This document shows positions 39,461 to 49,574 of a stretch of DNA of 64,000 nucleotides, piece after piece. The notes beneath the pieces were generated by a model. That model saw only the letters and a list, made by a program, of their open reading frames with translations. It did no database searches and was not told where the DNA came from. The position numbers and the translations under genes were made by a program. Position 1 is the first letter of the stretch. Every line of letters begins with the position of its first letter. Origin of the DNA: Giardia intestinalis (lineage: Eukaryota). The stretch lies in NCBI GenBank assembly GCA_000002435.2, contig CM018789.1; one strand, written 5' to 3'.

Positions 39461-39746
39461 TTGAATCTGTAATCTAAAAAGGAGGCTTCTGGAATTCTAA
39501 AGAACAAGCTGAAGTTGTGGCTCTGCGGCAATTGAGCGAGTAAGTGGAGGATTTACTTTCCATTTTAGAAGTCATATTTAGAAGCGAAGACACTGAGATA
39601 CGAGCCCAGTAGCCCAGTGTGAAATTCTAAAACTTTATATATACATTGACAACAAACGCAAGTTGGATTGATATATAAAAGTCTGCTGGGATGGTTTTAG
39701 TAATGATATATAGTCCAGAGAGCAGCAGGAAACTCTAGTATTTAGA

Positions 39747-42224
39747 TTATCCATTAGATATAGGCTTAGGTAAGTACTCCTCTTCAGGATATTGGGACAG
39801 GATATCTATGACGACCTGGTAGTCGACCTTAGAATAGATCTTCATCCTCGCCACACCAAGGGCAGTGATACCCGGTGGATACTCCTCTCTCTTCTGCGTA
39901 GCCCTCAAGCCCTTCTCGTGGTCAGCAAGTAGCTTAGTGGTGTCAGCGTCACCGGCACACGCTGCCCACATGAGAGCTGACCAGCCCCACTTGTCCTGAA
40001 ATCCTACCTCTTTGTCGCGCAGAGAAATCACAATTTCGGGATGCCCGGTCGCTGCTGCCTTCATTAAGGCCGTTGTCCCATTCTTGTCTTGCATGCGGGC
40101 CTCGTGTTCTGCCAAAAGATAAGTGATTGAATTGTAGCCATGGACTGCGCCAATCATGAGGGCAGTCCATAGTTCCTCATTCTGCATTCGTGCTTCCTTG
40201 TGATGCAGGAGGGTAGCAACCTCAGAGTGGCCCCGCTCAGAAGCAATCATGAGAGCAGTATAGCCGTCACTGCTCTGCATCCCTGCTTCCTGCAGCAAGA
40301 GCGGCACAACGCAAGACCGGCCATCAACAGAAGCGTGCATGAGTGCAGTGGTATGCCAGTTGTCAGTCATGTTTAGCTCACTTCCTACAAGTATGCGTGC
40401 GGCTTCTTCCTGACCGAACCTTGCAGCGAACATAAGCGCTGTAGAGCCTGAATTGAATTTGCAGCTTTTCGCTCCGACCTCGTGATAACGTAATGCACTA
40501 GTTTGCCGCTTTGCTTGGATGGGGACGAGGGCTTTCACAAGTTGGGTTTCTCCAGAGGCTGCGGCCCGCATAAGGGCAGTGATCCCGGAGTTGTCTGTGG
40601 GGTCGATGAGCTCAACCATGTTCTCATCTCCGACCTTTGCGGCAATGAGGACAGCCGTGTTTCCGCAGCTGTCCCGTTTGGTCCTAGTGCCAAGGTAGTT
40701 TTTGGCCGCTTCGAGGTTGCCCGTAGCAGCGGCGCAGATAAGCGGTGACCATCTCGCTACATCCTTCTCGTGCTTGAGGAGAAGCCGAACAATGTCAAGA
40801 TGGTTATTGTCGAGGGCCAGCGTGAGTGCAGTATGGCCATCTTTATCCTTGATACCTTTCTCATGCTGTAAAAGTAGTTCAACAACTGGAAGATGCCCCC
40901 CAACAGAAGCATACATGAGGGCCGTCCGACCATTATTGTCCAAGAGACGCCTCTCTTTAGCTACTAATAGTTCAACAGCCTCTGTGCTACCTCGCTCGGC
41001 AGCAACCATAAGTGCTGTTGTGCCATTACTATCATGCTTTCTAATACCGAGTCTTTTATCAACAAATATTCGAATTGCGTCAAGATCATTGTTACGCACA
41101 GCAGCCAGTAGCCCGGCAGAGAAGCCTAAGCGCTCAACAGTGGCCTTTAAAGCTGCAGACTCTGCTTCAAGAGACTGTATTTGCGCGGCCTGGGCGTTGC
41201 AGTTTCTTTCAAGGGCTTCTATCTGACTTGCATGCCGCATGCTCATTGTTTGCACTTCCGCTAAGGATGCTTGCAGATACTTTTGATTATCTAGAAACTC
41301 AAGATAGCGAGCCATGTGCACCTTATCTCTAGCAGCTACGTTCCTACAATACCCTAGTGCTCTAGACACGTTCTCTGCGTCCATCAGTGCTTGGACCGCA
41401 TCTGCGAGTTCATCAGCTGTTGCACGTTCTTCAGGATTTTGCCGAAGGACGCGGTAACATACAAGTCTAGCCAAGTTTTGGGCTCTCTGTGGCAACCCTT
41501 CGAGGATAGGCTCATGCTCGTAGACCCCAGGTTGCTTCAGGGTGATAAGTTCAAGAATAACAGCGCCGACGCTCCAAACATCTGAGTTCTTGTTATGCTC
41601 CCCACCGGATGCCACTTCGGGAGCTTCATATGGGCTCAGAGCTCCCAGAGGAGCTTCGCGATGACGTCCAAAACCGGCGACAGCAAACTGCGTCTCTTCT
41701 TCACTGACCAGAATGGATGCAGGCCTTATGGACCTATGAAGGATAGCTGGAACGGGTGTTGTGCTCCTATCGGCTTTCTCTGCATGTAGATATGCAAGGC
41801 CCGCTGCAATCTGGTTGGCAGCAAAGAACATTGTCTCTACGGGAATGAAACGGTTTTCTGCCCGATACTTGGTAATTAAAGTGGCAAGTGTCTTCGGTCT
41901 ATGCTTAACAATTGCATACGCGAACTCTCCGCTCAAAAGTACTTGATCACACGTCTGAATGTGTGGATGGTTCAGGAGGGGGAGGATTGCCAACTCTGCT
42001 TCAACAGCTTCTCGAAGACAAGAGTCCATGCTTTTGAGTTTAATTTCCCGAACAGCCCTGCTAGGATGATTCTTAAGAAGGCGCTCAGCACCCCATGCAC
42101 CCTCATCAATGACGTCACCCATGCACTCTATTATCTCTTCAGCGGTATGAAAGAAGGCTTTAGTCATTAATTTATTTTGATTGGACAAAGCAACTACCGT
42201 AGAGTCTTTAGTCCAAACGGTCAT
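39747..42224 (-). CDS. NEK-like kinase-fold domain (predicted catalytically dead) followed by a long array of ankyrin repeats
   Basis: True ATG at 42224. The N-terminal kinase fold has 'ILHRSIRPASILV' (HRS, catalytic Asp lost) and 'VAGFGRH' (DFG replaced by GFG). There is no clear GxGxxG motif. 'SPYEAPEV' is APE-like. 'SDVWSVGAVILELIT' matches subdomain IX. About 15 ankyrin repeats follow ('NGTTALMVAAERGSTEAVELLV', 'DGHTALTLALDNNHLDIVRLLL', 'GYTALMIASERGHSEVATLL'). Confidence 0.85.
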   Translation of the reverse strand: MTVWTKDSTVVALSNQNKLMTKAFFHTAEEIIECMGDVIDEGAWGAERLLKNHPSRAVREIKLKSMDSCLREAVEAELAILPLLNHPHIQTCDQVLLSGEFAYAIVKHRPKTLATLITKYRAENRFIPVETMFFAANQIAAGLAYLHAEKADRSTTPVPAILHRSIRPASILVSEEETQFAVAGFGRHREAPLGALSPYEAPEVASGGEHNKNSDVWSVGAVILELITLKQPGVYEHEPILEGLPQRAQNLARLVCYRVLRQNPEERATADELADAVQALMDAENVSRALGYCRNVAARDKVHMARYLEFLDNQKYLQASLAEVQTMSMRHASQIEALERNCNAQAAQIQSLEAESAALKATVERLGFSAGLLAAVRNNDLDAIRIFVDKRLGIRKHDSNGTTALMVAAERGSTEAVELLVAKERRLLDNNGRTALMYASVGGHLPVVELLLQHEKGIKDKDGHTALTLALDNNHLDIVRLLLKHEKDVARWSPLICAAATGNLEAAKNYLGTRTKRDSCGNTAVLIAAKVGDENMVELIDPTDNSGITALMRAAASGETQLVKALVPIQAKRQTSALRYHEVGAKSCKFNSGSTALMFAARFGQEEAARILVGSELNMTDNWHTTALMHASVDGRSCVVPLLLQEAGMQSSDGYTALMIASERGHSEVATLLHHKEARMQNEELWTALMIGAVHGYNSITYLLAEHEARMQDKNGTTALMKAAATGHPEIVISLRDKEVGFQDKWGWSALMWAACAGDADTTKLLADHEKGLRATQKREEYPPGITALGVARMKIYSKVDYQVVIDILSQYPEEEYLPKPISNG

Positions 42225-42334
42225 ACCTTTTTCTATAGAGTGCTTGTACGCAAGTGACTTTCAGGTGTTAGACAAATCGGATCGACGCTATGCAGTTGTA
42301 TCAATCAATCAAAGAGAGGATTTTCTAACACACT

Positions 42335-43597
42335 TTACTCAGCAGAGGTTTTCATTGTATTTATATCTACAGTATGTCGTGTAGCTTGCGGCTCTATAGA
42401 GGCAATATTTTCAATCGACAAGTCTGCAATTGATGGCAATGGGTGTGGGTCGCCCCATCCCTTAAGGTCGTGCCACGTAGGACGCCAACGGTACACATTA
42501 AAAATGTTATACTCTATTTCATTCTGTGGTACATACTTCAGCATCTCTTCGAAGGTGAGCCCTGAGGGAGACCTCTCATGTTTGTAGAGATGCTTGTAGT
42601 GAGTTTCAGGAGGCTGCAGCGTTGCCATTCTTATATATTCTCTGTCTCTCGTTCGTGGGGTTAGTGGCTGGTTCCAGAGAGCTTTCATTAAATTGGCGGG
42701 AGGCCTAATACTCTGTTTGGGGACAGCGTGGTGTGGATAGGTGCTGTATAGCCCGCATACATCTTGATAAAGGTGGGAACCATGATTGCTTGTGGAGCTG
42801 ATGCCTCTGTGACCCTCCCGCGTAGTGGTCAACCGCTTAGAAGAGGGGATGTCATCATTGATATGTTCAAGCGGATTACATACTCGTTTGTATGCGTACG
42901 TAATAAACTCAGAAGCACGAGGACTCATCAGACATCTCTCTATGTCTGGACCCGCGATGAGACGTCTGTCTTCTTCGGTGAGCCCTTCATGAGAGGCTAG
43001 CAGACCTCTATCAAGCAAGGATTTTGTTCTATTGCGATCTATTACCATTTTTCGAATTGGTCCACGCGGCATCATTGTAAACGGCGGAGAGAAGTCTGTC
43101 TTCTTTGCGTATCTTGGTGGAATTAAAACCTCTCCTGTTAATATTGGATCATCAGGCACCGAAGTGGTAACCAAATCGGGTCGAGTCAGCACGGCTTCTG
43201 TTAGAGACGGTGCCGTCACTGTTTCTAAACTGGTAAGGAAAGTACCCTTTGCGGCCTTGTCAGAGCTTTTTGGCTCGCCAGTTGAGGCTTCAGATAGAGT
43301 CAGTTGTTTGTTCTGCGATGGAGAGTATCGAGCAGCCTGATCGGAGAGCTCTGTACCCGATGACTTAAGTGAGTCACAGATGTCCGAATACTTCATTCTA
43401 GAATCTGTGAGCAACAAGTTAGTTTGAGATTCTGAGGTACCAGTGCGAAGAGGATAAAGACCAATTGTGGCAATCGATCCTGGCTCTGTCGGGTCGTACC
43501 CGGATTCCCTCATATTAGCCAGAGATGTTGTCAGCGCAGAGCGGCGGCGAGGTTGAAATGATGCAGACCGCCTTGTGTCGTCATGTGCAATCGCCAT
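42335..43597 (-). CDS. Hypothetical protein (~420 aa from first ATG)
   Basis: The ORF is open to 43807, but that start is GTG. The first in-frame ATG is at ~43597 (MAIAHDDTRR). No recognised domain. Confidence 0.45.
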   Translation of the reverse strand: MAIAHDDTRRSASFQPRRRSALTTSLANMRESGYDPTEPGSIATIGLYPLRTGTSESQTNLLLTDSRMKYSDICDSLKSSGTELSDQAARYSPSQNKQLTLSEASTGEPKSSDKAAKGTFLTSLETVTAPSLTEAVLTRPDLVTTSVPDDPILTGEVLIPPRYAKKTDFSPPFTMMPRGPIRKMVIDRNRTKSLLDRGLLASHEGLTEEDRRLIAGPDIERCLMSPRASEFITYAYKRVCNPLEHINDDIPSSKRLTTTREGHRGISSTSNHGSHLYQDVCGLYSTYPHHAVPKQSIRPPANLMKALWNQPLTPRTRDREYIRMATLQPPETHYKHLYKHERSPSGLTFEEMLKYVPQNEIEYNIFNVYRWRPTWHDLKGWGDPHPLPSIADLSIENIASIEPQATRHTVDINTMKTSAE

Positions 43598-43839
43598 CGA
43601 TAGGTTGAATCCTCTCAGTGTTGCGCCATAAGATCTGCTTCCGGAGGTGTGCAGATCTGATGCCTCGGGCTTACTGCCAAAGCCAAGCCGTGAACCTTGA
43701 TATGACAGACGAGCAGTAGGTGAGATAGTGCGTTGTGAAAGGAGCGGAAGCTGCACCCCTGGTGTGGGGCTGGCGTAGAGGTGACCCGGCGAAGTTCTAG
43801 ATGCCACTTTTTTGGTCTGAGGGAGGTTAATCGTGGTTT

Positions 43840-45471
43840 ATGCCAAAAAGCGACGCACGGGTGGACGTAACCGTGGTATCTAAACAGGCAGCGTTGGGAG
43901 CAATGCTAGACAGCATTCAAGTGGTGTTTCCGGCTGCAGAGGATGTCCTGGCACATCTCGTTAATACTGCAAAATCGAGACCTCAAATGAGTAATTCAGC
44001 ACCAATAAGCGCACCACTAACCTCGTCTACAATTGGGAATGTCACGGCGACAGCCCAAAGATTTTCTCTGTGGATGATTCAAAGAATTATTATTGCTTGG
44101 ATTAATTGCCAGCCTGGCTCGACGTTAAAACGGCTACTCCAATGTATGCTTAACTCCAACAGATATTATAGCTCAGCATGCGGCTTTGTACTGCATAACA
44201 TCGCTGATAAGACAAAGGCAACCCTAGTAGACAAACTGTTACTGCACCCGTGCTCAATTATAAGTACGCCGCCAATTCTGAGTGAGTTTCTTCTTGGTTC
44301 CAAACACCTTGTTAACTTCTTTGCAGAATCATCTGAAGAGGCCCAGTTATACTTTCATATTGATACCCACTTGGGATGCCTGCAACTTCGCTGTATGCAT
44401 AACCAAAGGGCAAATTATTTTGGCCTTTTCCTTCTTGATTGCTCTCGACGATTAGGGGAGCCGCGGCGCTGGCAAAGCGTCACAGAAGTGAAGTATCTTA
44501 CAGGGGATAAAATTCGTTCTCCACGGCTTTTTGACACAATATACATAAGGCATATTAATAAGACACTCCGTGATAGATCATTGTATGAAGTAGCTGTGGT
44601 TTTGTGTACCAGCACAGTTGTGTATTTTATCACCTTTGTGTTGAGTATGTCTTCGGGTATGACAATTCATGATACCCCTCAGGTATACAAGTCTCATTCA
44701 ACGGCAGGCTTCCTAGGGACTCTCTTTGACAAACAGGAAGCGCAAGCTAAACGGGCTTCTGCATTGCTCAATTTCTTTTACATAGCCAACGTAACACATA
44801 AGCATCCATATCTTTGTGTAATCTCGCCATTTTTACCTCTTTTGTTTGCAGTATCGGGACGATTCCTGGAGCCATTCTTCTTAGAGCGGGGAGACGGGGG
44901 GTGCACAATCCTTGGAGTAGTGGCGGTTATAGGTCAGGACCCCATCATAATTACTGCGGAAGGAAAGACCTACCGTGTGTCAGTTGCGCAGGAGCACAAT
45001 GGTGTACCGCACATTACACTGGAGGAGATCCAGACTATCGATTGCGTCTCCTTCCCCTGGACTGTGGCAACGACTCCGTACACTGCCGCCGTGATACTTG
45101 AACAAGGCCGTGTATTGATCGTAGACCAGGAGGGTGATCAGGCAAGACTCACTGAAAGACAGGTCTTCGGAGAAACACGTTGTAGAGACAACAGTATTGC
45201 TCTAAAAGCTCTAGCGCTTCTAAAATCTATTGAATCCCCATCCATCCGTGACATTATCTCCATTGGTCTGCTACGCATATCCAAAACCATCACCTATGTA
45301 ATAGCAATCGGTAAGAGATGGGATGGAAGTGGGTTCTTAGCAGTTTATGATACTGTCAAATGGAGCATTCGGGCCTACAATACTGCACTCCCTGTAGCTT
45401 GTCTCTGTAGGGGAAAAGCGCTGATTAGAATAGCACTACTCGATGGTTTCCTGTTCTGTGGACTAAATTAA
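43840..45471 (+). CDS. Hypothetical protein (543 aa)
   Basis: True ATG at 43840 (MPKSDAR). No confident motif. It lies immediately upstream of the FG-nucleoporin-like gene. Confidence 0.5.
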   Translation: MPKSDARVDVTVVSKQAALGAMLDSIQVVFPAAEDVLAHLVNTAKSRPQMSNSAPISAPLTSSTIGNVTATAQRFSLWMIQRIIIAWINCQPGSTLKRLLQCMLNSNRYYSSACGFVLHNIADKTKATLVDKLLLHPCSIISTPPILSEFLLGSKHLVNFFAESSEEAQLYFHIDTHLGCLQLRCMHNQRANYFGLFLLDCSRRLGEPRRWQSVTEVKYLTGDKIRSPRLFDTIYIRHINKTLRDRSLYEVAVVLCTSTVVYFITFVLSMSSGMTIHDTPQVYKSHSTAGFLGTLFDKQEAQAKRASALLNFFYIANVTHKHPYLCVISPFLPLLFAVSGRFLEPFFLERGDGGCTILGVVAVIGQDPIIITAEGKTYRVSVAQEHNGVPHITLEEIQTIDCVSFPWTVATTPYTAAVILEQGRVLIVDQEGDQARLTERQVFGETRCRDNSIALKALALLKSIESPSIRDIISIGLLRISKTITYVIAIGKRWDGSGFLAVYDTVKWSIRAYNTALPVACLCRGKALIRIALLDGFLFCGLN

Positions 45472-45530
45472 ATTTTCACCCATTACAATCTGCAATATTT
45501 AAAATTTTTAAGACAGTTCCAAAAAAGAGC

Positions 45531-46511
45531 ATGGCTTTTCAATTTGGGAACAATGCTGCTTCTAGCAGTGGAGCCACGGGGACTACGACGACCACACAGG
45601 CGCCGTTCACCTTTGGAACGTTTGGGCAACAGGGAGCAGCCACGGCTTCTGCTCCAGGAGGACTAAACAACACGCCAACTCCGGCACCTGCCGTCTCAGC
45701 ATTTCCCACTGTAGGAGCTACGGCTGCTGCAGGGTTCGGCACTAGCGGATTCACATTTGGAAAACCCGCGGCATCAGCAGCCACGACGACCCCTGCAGCA
45801 ACCCCTGCAACCGGGGCATCAACCTTTGCTTCTGCCAATGCTCCTACCTTTGGTGGGTTTAAGGCCGCCAACAATGCAACGACTACCGCATCTGGCTTTA
45901 ATTTTGGAGGGGCTTTGCCGTCTGCTTTTTCCAAGCCTTCAGATAACGCCGCACAAGCGGGCGCGCAACTGAACACACAGAACCTTCAGAAGCAAATGGA
46001 GAACATAACTCCGGATGATACCCTACAGAAGTGTCCACAGGATTTCCAAAAGCTGGTGCTGCGAATAGATTCCGAGCAGGAGAAGGCTAAGAAAGCTCTC
46101 CAGACGCTCGAATCAACAATCGCAAAGAATAAGAATGAGTATCTAACTATCTGCGAACGAATGACGGCGCTGAACCACCGGCTATATGAACTAGAGTCGT
46201 GTCAGACGGCACTAGAGACTGAGGCAACATCACTAACGAGCCACTTGACCGCCCAGCGGGAGCTAGCATACAAGCTATCCACGAATGACCCCGACGCTCG
46301 GGAGCTTGCAGCCAACTATTGGGACTACAAGTTTTCATCCCTCCAAGAGAAGCATCAGCGCCTCCAGTCACAGCTACTCTGTCTAGCCACCGCACTGGGG
46401 GTCCCAGTTAGCTCCCGGATACCCTGCCAGACTATGGATGAGCTATATGGGCTCCTGGAATCCCTCTATCAACAGGCACGGATATACCAGATCAAATTAG
46501 GCATCGAGTAG
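45531..46511 (+). CDS. FG-repeat nucleoporin-like protein (Nup62/Nsp1-type: N-terminal FG/FXFG repeats, C-terminal coiled coil)
   Basis: The N-terminal ~190 aa are Gly/Ala/Thr-rich with 'FQFG', 'FTFGTFG', 'GFGTSGFTFGKP', 'TFGGFK', 'GFNFGG'. The C-terminal ~130 aa form a heptad coiled coil ('LVLRIDSEQEKAKKALQTLESTIAKNKNEYLTICERMTALNHRLYELE...'). Confidence 0.6.
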   Translation: MAFQFGNNAASSSGATGTTTTTQAPFTFGTFGQQGAATASAPGGLNNTPTPAPAVSAFPTVGATAAAGFGTSGFTFGKPAASAATTTPAATPATGASTFASANAPTFGGFKAANNATTTASGFNFGGALPSAFSKPSDNAAQAGAQLNTQNLQKQMENITPDDTLQKCPQDFQKLVLRIDSEQEKAKKALQTLESTIAKNKNEYLTICERMTALNHRLYELESCQTALETEATSLTSHLTAQRELAYKLSTNDPDARELAANYWDYKFSSLQEKHQRLQSQLLCLATALGVPVSSRIPCQTMDELYGLLESLYQQARIYQIKLGIE

Positions 46512-46536
46512 TAAATCCAAAAATCTAGCCTCCTCC

Positions 46537-47751
46537 ATGAGCGAGAATTTAGGGACGGACCACAATGACTATGGTACAACCTCAACACTTAATGCTGTTG
46601 ATGTTCATATTGCCCTGACCGCTATCGAGGACGCTGTGAATAAGCTTGCCCTCCTTGACGACCTTGCACCAGACTTAGCCACACATAGAGACGAGCTCAC
46701 TCTCTATGTCGGTACGGAGATCTCTCGCATTATCACAAAGCAGCGGGCGCTAGAGGATCAACTGATTAAGGTTATAGATAATAGGAACGCCCTTCTGCAA
46801 AACAACAGCACTCGTGCCGTTATACAGGCATCAAACGCCGAAGTCACGGAAATAAGCAAAGCGATTAAGGCTGCAACAAGCGAGCTCTGCAGAAACCTCA
46901 GAGAAAACCCGTCTGTCTCTGAAAACTTGAGGAAAACCCAGGCACATCGCTCTTATGTCCACAAGCTATTAACGACAGCTTATGCTGAGCTGAAGCAAAA
47001 GCACAGCTATACTGATCTTGATCGCACCGTTTCAGAAGCGCATATGGTTCTCATAGAGGAGAAGAGGCTAGAGGAACGAGCACAAAAGGCCAAGAATGCA
47101 GTCCGCGAGCTCCAAGAAGAAATAGATAAAACTCGCTCTGAGCATCAGAAGACGTTGACGGAGCAGCAAGAGCATCTTAAAGAACTGCGAGAGGAATTGG
47201 TTACCCAACGCACTCGGATTACTGACACGGTCCGTCTCTACCAACGAGAATTGGTGGCTGCTAACAATGAAGCTGATCGACTGCGCACCGGCGAACTCCG
47301 CAAAGGCCAAAACCTTCTCAACGACATAGCCGCTGTGCTGCAGCAGGAGGAGGCTTCTCATGAGATTCTTCACCAGATTCTCCAAGATGATGGGCAACAG
47401 ATGACAAAGGCTGCCGGGGACTGGCTCCTTAAATCGGAAGAGGTTATAGGAAGACTAGAGGGCGAAATTGCACACTTAGAGCAAGTAAAGAAGCAGAACA
47501 GCGAGAAGATCTTCGAGATGGAGCGCCAGGATGAGGAAAACATGGAGGAAAAGAAGCGGTGGGAAGAGGAGGAGGCGTTTAAACAGCGTATGCACGAAAC
47601 CCTCTTTGACGCCAGAAACATGCGCTTAGAAGTTACACGGAAGTATTTACAAGACACGTGGCGATTGGCTCTAGACCCGCCGGACCCCGAAAAGAAGAAG
47701 AAAAAGGGGAGCAAGGGGAAAAAAGGTAGTAAAGGAAAGAAGGGAAAGTAG
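46537..47751 (+). CDS. Coiled-coil protein with Glu-rich segment and poly-Lys/Gly C-terminal tail
   Basis: Continuous heptad-like sequence. 'MERQDEENMEEKKRWEEEEAFKQ'. Tail 'PEKKKKKGSKGKKGSKGKKGK'. Confidence 0.6.
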   Translation: MSENLGTDHNDYGTTSTLNAVDVHIALTAIEDAVNKLALLDDLAPDLATHRDELTLYVGTEISRIITKQRALEDQLIKVIDNRNALLQNNSTRAVIQASNAEVTEISKAIKAATSELCRNLRENPSVSENLRKTQAHRSYVHKLLTTAYAELKQKHSYTDLDRTVSEAHMVLIEEKRLEERAQKAKNAVRELQEEIDKTRSEHQKTLTEQQEHLKELREELVTQRTRITDTVRLYQRELVAANNEADRLRTGELRKGQNLLNDIAAVLQQEEASHEILHQILQDDGQQMTKAAGDWLLKSEEVIGRLEGEIAHLEQVKKQNSEKIFEMERQDEENMEEKKRWEEEEAFKQRMHETLFDARNMRLEVTRKYLQDTWRLALDPPDPEKKKKKGSKGKKGSKGKKGK

Positions 47752-47758
47752 GATACAG

Positions 47759-49540
47759 CTACATGTCCTTGCGCATTGACAGCTTAGCACCAAACCGCTC
47801 GACTAGTTTAACAGCAAGACCGGTAAGATCAACCACAATTCTATATAATGTCACTGCCAAGGTCTTCAGATTCTCTCCTAGTGTTTGTGCCTGATCCTTT
47901 GACGTGGCGGACATACCAATAGGTGCTACTTTTGCTGCGTCCACCAAGCTCGCTGGTGTGTCCTTCATGTGCACTTTCATAAAGTCGTCAAGCTTCCTCG
48001 ATAGCTTGGCCTGTTTGTCTGCAATACTACCAATTGCATCGTAAAACTCTTCCAGCTCTTTGATCAGCTTCCGATGATCCGCAGACTGTATCCGTAGGGT
48101 CTCCTCGAGAGTAAGCACACGTGCAGATAGGTCGTCAAATGATGAATTGGGTACATCTGTACCCGTGGCATTGACGGCGTCACGCTCCATTGCCGTATCC
48201 AGTTCAGCAGAGTCAGAACGCTCTTGTGCAAGCTCGGAGATAACGGAGTTAGACAGTACTGAAAAGTCCGCCAGAAGCGATGGGTTAGATTCGAGAACAT
48301 TAGAATCATCAGGAGCGTTTGACTGACTGGTGATTGATGCTGTCTGTTGCTGATTTTGTAGCGCTTCTAGGTATACTTCAAAGTCTTCTCTACTGATTAG
48401 TGTTATTGGGGACGAAGATGACTCACAGAACCCCTTGAAGAATTTTGCGTTATCACTTGTCCAAGTAAATCTGCAAAGAGATTGCTTTTTCTGTAGCACA
48501 TACCCCATCAGCTCAGCGACGTCGAGCACTTGAAGGGTTGGTGCGCCCGAATTCACATAGTACAACTTATCATGCTGTGAAGATATCCATAGTGCTGTAT
48601 TAGAGAGGGTCTCGTTGAAGAGGGTGTAAACCTCATTGGATTCTGAGTCTTCCTCGTACACATGACAAATGCACTTGGCACTAACATAGTCACAGAGTAT
48701 ATGCAGGGTAAGTGAAGAAAAGGATAGTCTTCCAAAGAGAGGCCCTGATGCGCTTATTCTAGAAGCATGAAGCGCCTCCAGCCGAAGAGTACTTTGTGTG
48801 ACTGAAGGAGAGAGAGGCCTAACAGACTCTCCGCGTGAATCTAATAGAGAGACGGTATCCTTTGTAAACTCTAGATTGTAAAACTCCAAGGGCTTCACAG
48901 TAAGCTCTAGAAGAATTGCCTGGCTATTCCTGTAGTAGATATGAAGAAGCCCGGCTGTATCGTAAGCTATATCAGCGATGCTATTCTTTCGCTTGATTGG
49001 TATCAAGAAGGAGTTGATCTGAGAGCCAGTCTCTCTGTGTAAAACATAAAGAAAAGTATATGAGGCAGCAATCTTGACTGGATCTTGATGAGAGCATGTG
49101 CTGAAGTACTTTGAAACCTCATTTGAAGACAGCTTCTGAACTAAAGCCCCCAAAACCACTAAGACAGATTGGCCCGTATTAAGCGTTATCAGGGAGGCAA
49201 ACTTTGGAGTGCACGTGTTCAAGCTGTAGGTCTTAGTGCAAGGATAGGTGTTTGTCGGGGAGCGAACATGGATATGGAGCTTTCGATCGAAGAATCGAGT
49301 TATCTGGCTCAAGTCATGCGTGCAACAAACAACCTGGCCAGGCTCATTATATAATTCCTCATTCTTCGCCCCAGTAAAGAGAAGGAAGGACTCCTGGTGG
49401 ACATCTGATTTATCTGAAGAAGTAGGAGTATATGTAAAAAGGATCAACTCTCCAGAGGAAGAGCCACTGAGCTGCAAGAACTGTGCATCCTTTGAACCGT
49501 GGAACGGTTTAGGCAAGCCAGTGGTGAGTATTGATTGCAT
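47759..49540 (-). CDS. Coiled-coil protein, member C of the 3-gene paralogous family (see 30011..34769)
   Basis: True ATG at 49540. Shares 'LIPIKRKNSIADIAYDTAGLLHIYYRNSQAILLELTVKPLE' and 'EVYTLFNETLSNTALWISSQHDKLYYV' with members A and B. C-terminal coiled coil ('LTLEETLRIQSADHRKLIKELEEFYDAIGSIADKQAKLSRKLDDF'). Confidence 0.7.
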   Translation of the reverse strand: MQSILTTGLPKPFHGSKDAQFLQLSGSSSGELILFTYTPTSSDKSDVHQESFLLFTGAKNEELYNEPGQVVCCTHDLSQITRFFDRKLHIHVRSPTNTYPCTKTYSLNTCTPKFASLITLNTGQSVLVVLGALVQKLSSNEVSKYFSTCSHQDPVKIAASYTFLYVLHRETGSQINSFLIPIKRKNSIADIAYDTAGLLHIYYRNSQAILLELTVKPLEFYNLEFTKDTVSLLDSRGESVRPLSPSVTQSTLRLEALHASRISASGPLFGRLSFSSLTLHILCDYVSAKCICHVYEEDSESNEVYTLFNETLSNTALWISSQHDKLYYVNSGAPTLQVLDVAELMGYVLQKKQSLCRFTWTSDNAKFFKGFCESSSSPITLISREDFEVYLEALQNQQQTASITSQSNAPDDSNVLESNPSLLADFSVLSNSVISELAQERSDSAELDTAMERDAVNATGTDVPNSSFDDLSARVLTLEETLRIQSADHRKLIKELEEFYDAIGSIADKQAKLSRKLDDFMKVHMKDTPASLVDAAKVAPIGMSATSKDQAQTLGENLKTLAVTLYRIVVDLTGLAVKLVERFGAKLSMRKDM

Positions 49541-49574
49541 TATGGATTTTAGTTTTTGGAAAGAAGCACAGAGT

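Noticed and set aside
40702-41226. 174-aa plus-strand ORF and several 60-90-aa ORFs antisense to the NEK-ankyrin gene 39747..42224
   Set aside because: They are antisense to a gene with an unambiguous kinase plus ankyrin repeat architecture. They are low-complexity Ser/Ala/Arg translations.
45539-45976. 145-aa minus-strand ORF overlapping the FG-repeat region of the nucleoporin-like gene
   Set aside because: GC-rich Gly/Ala codon runs are open on both strands. The sense strand carries the FG repeats plus a coiled coil, while the antisense translation is poly-Ala/Pro/Val with no features.
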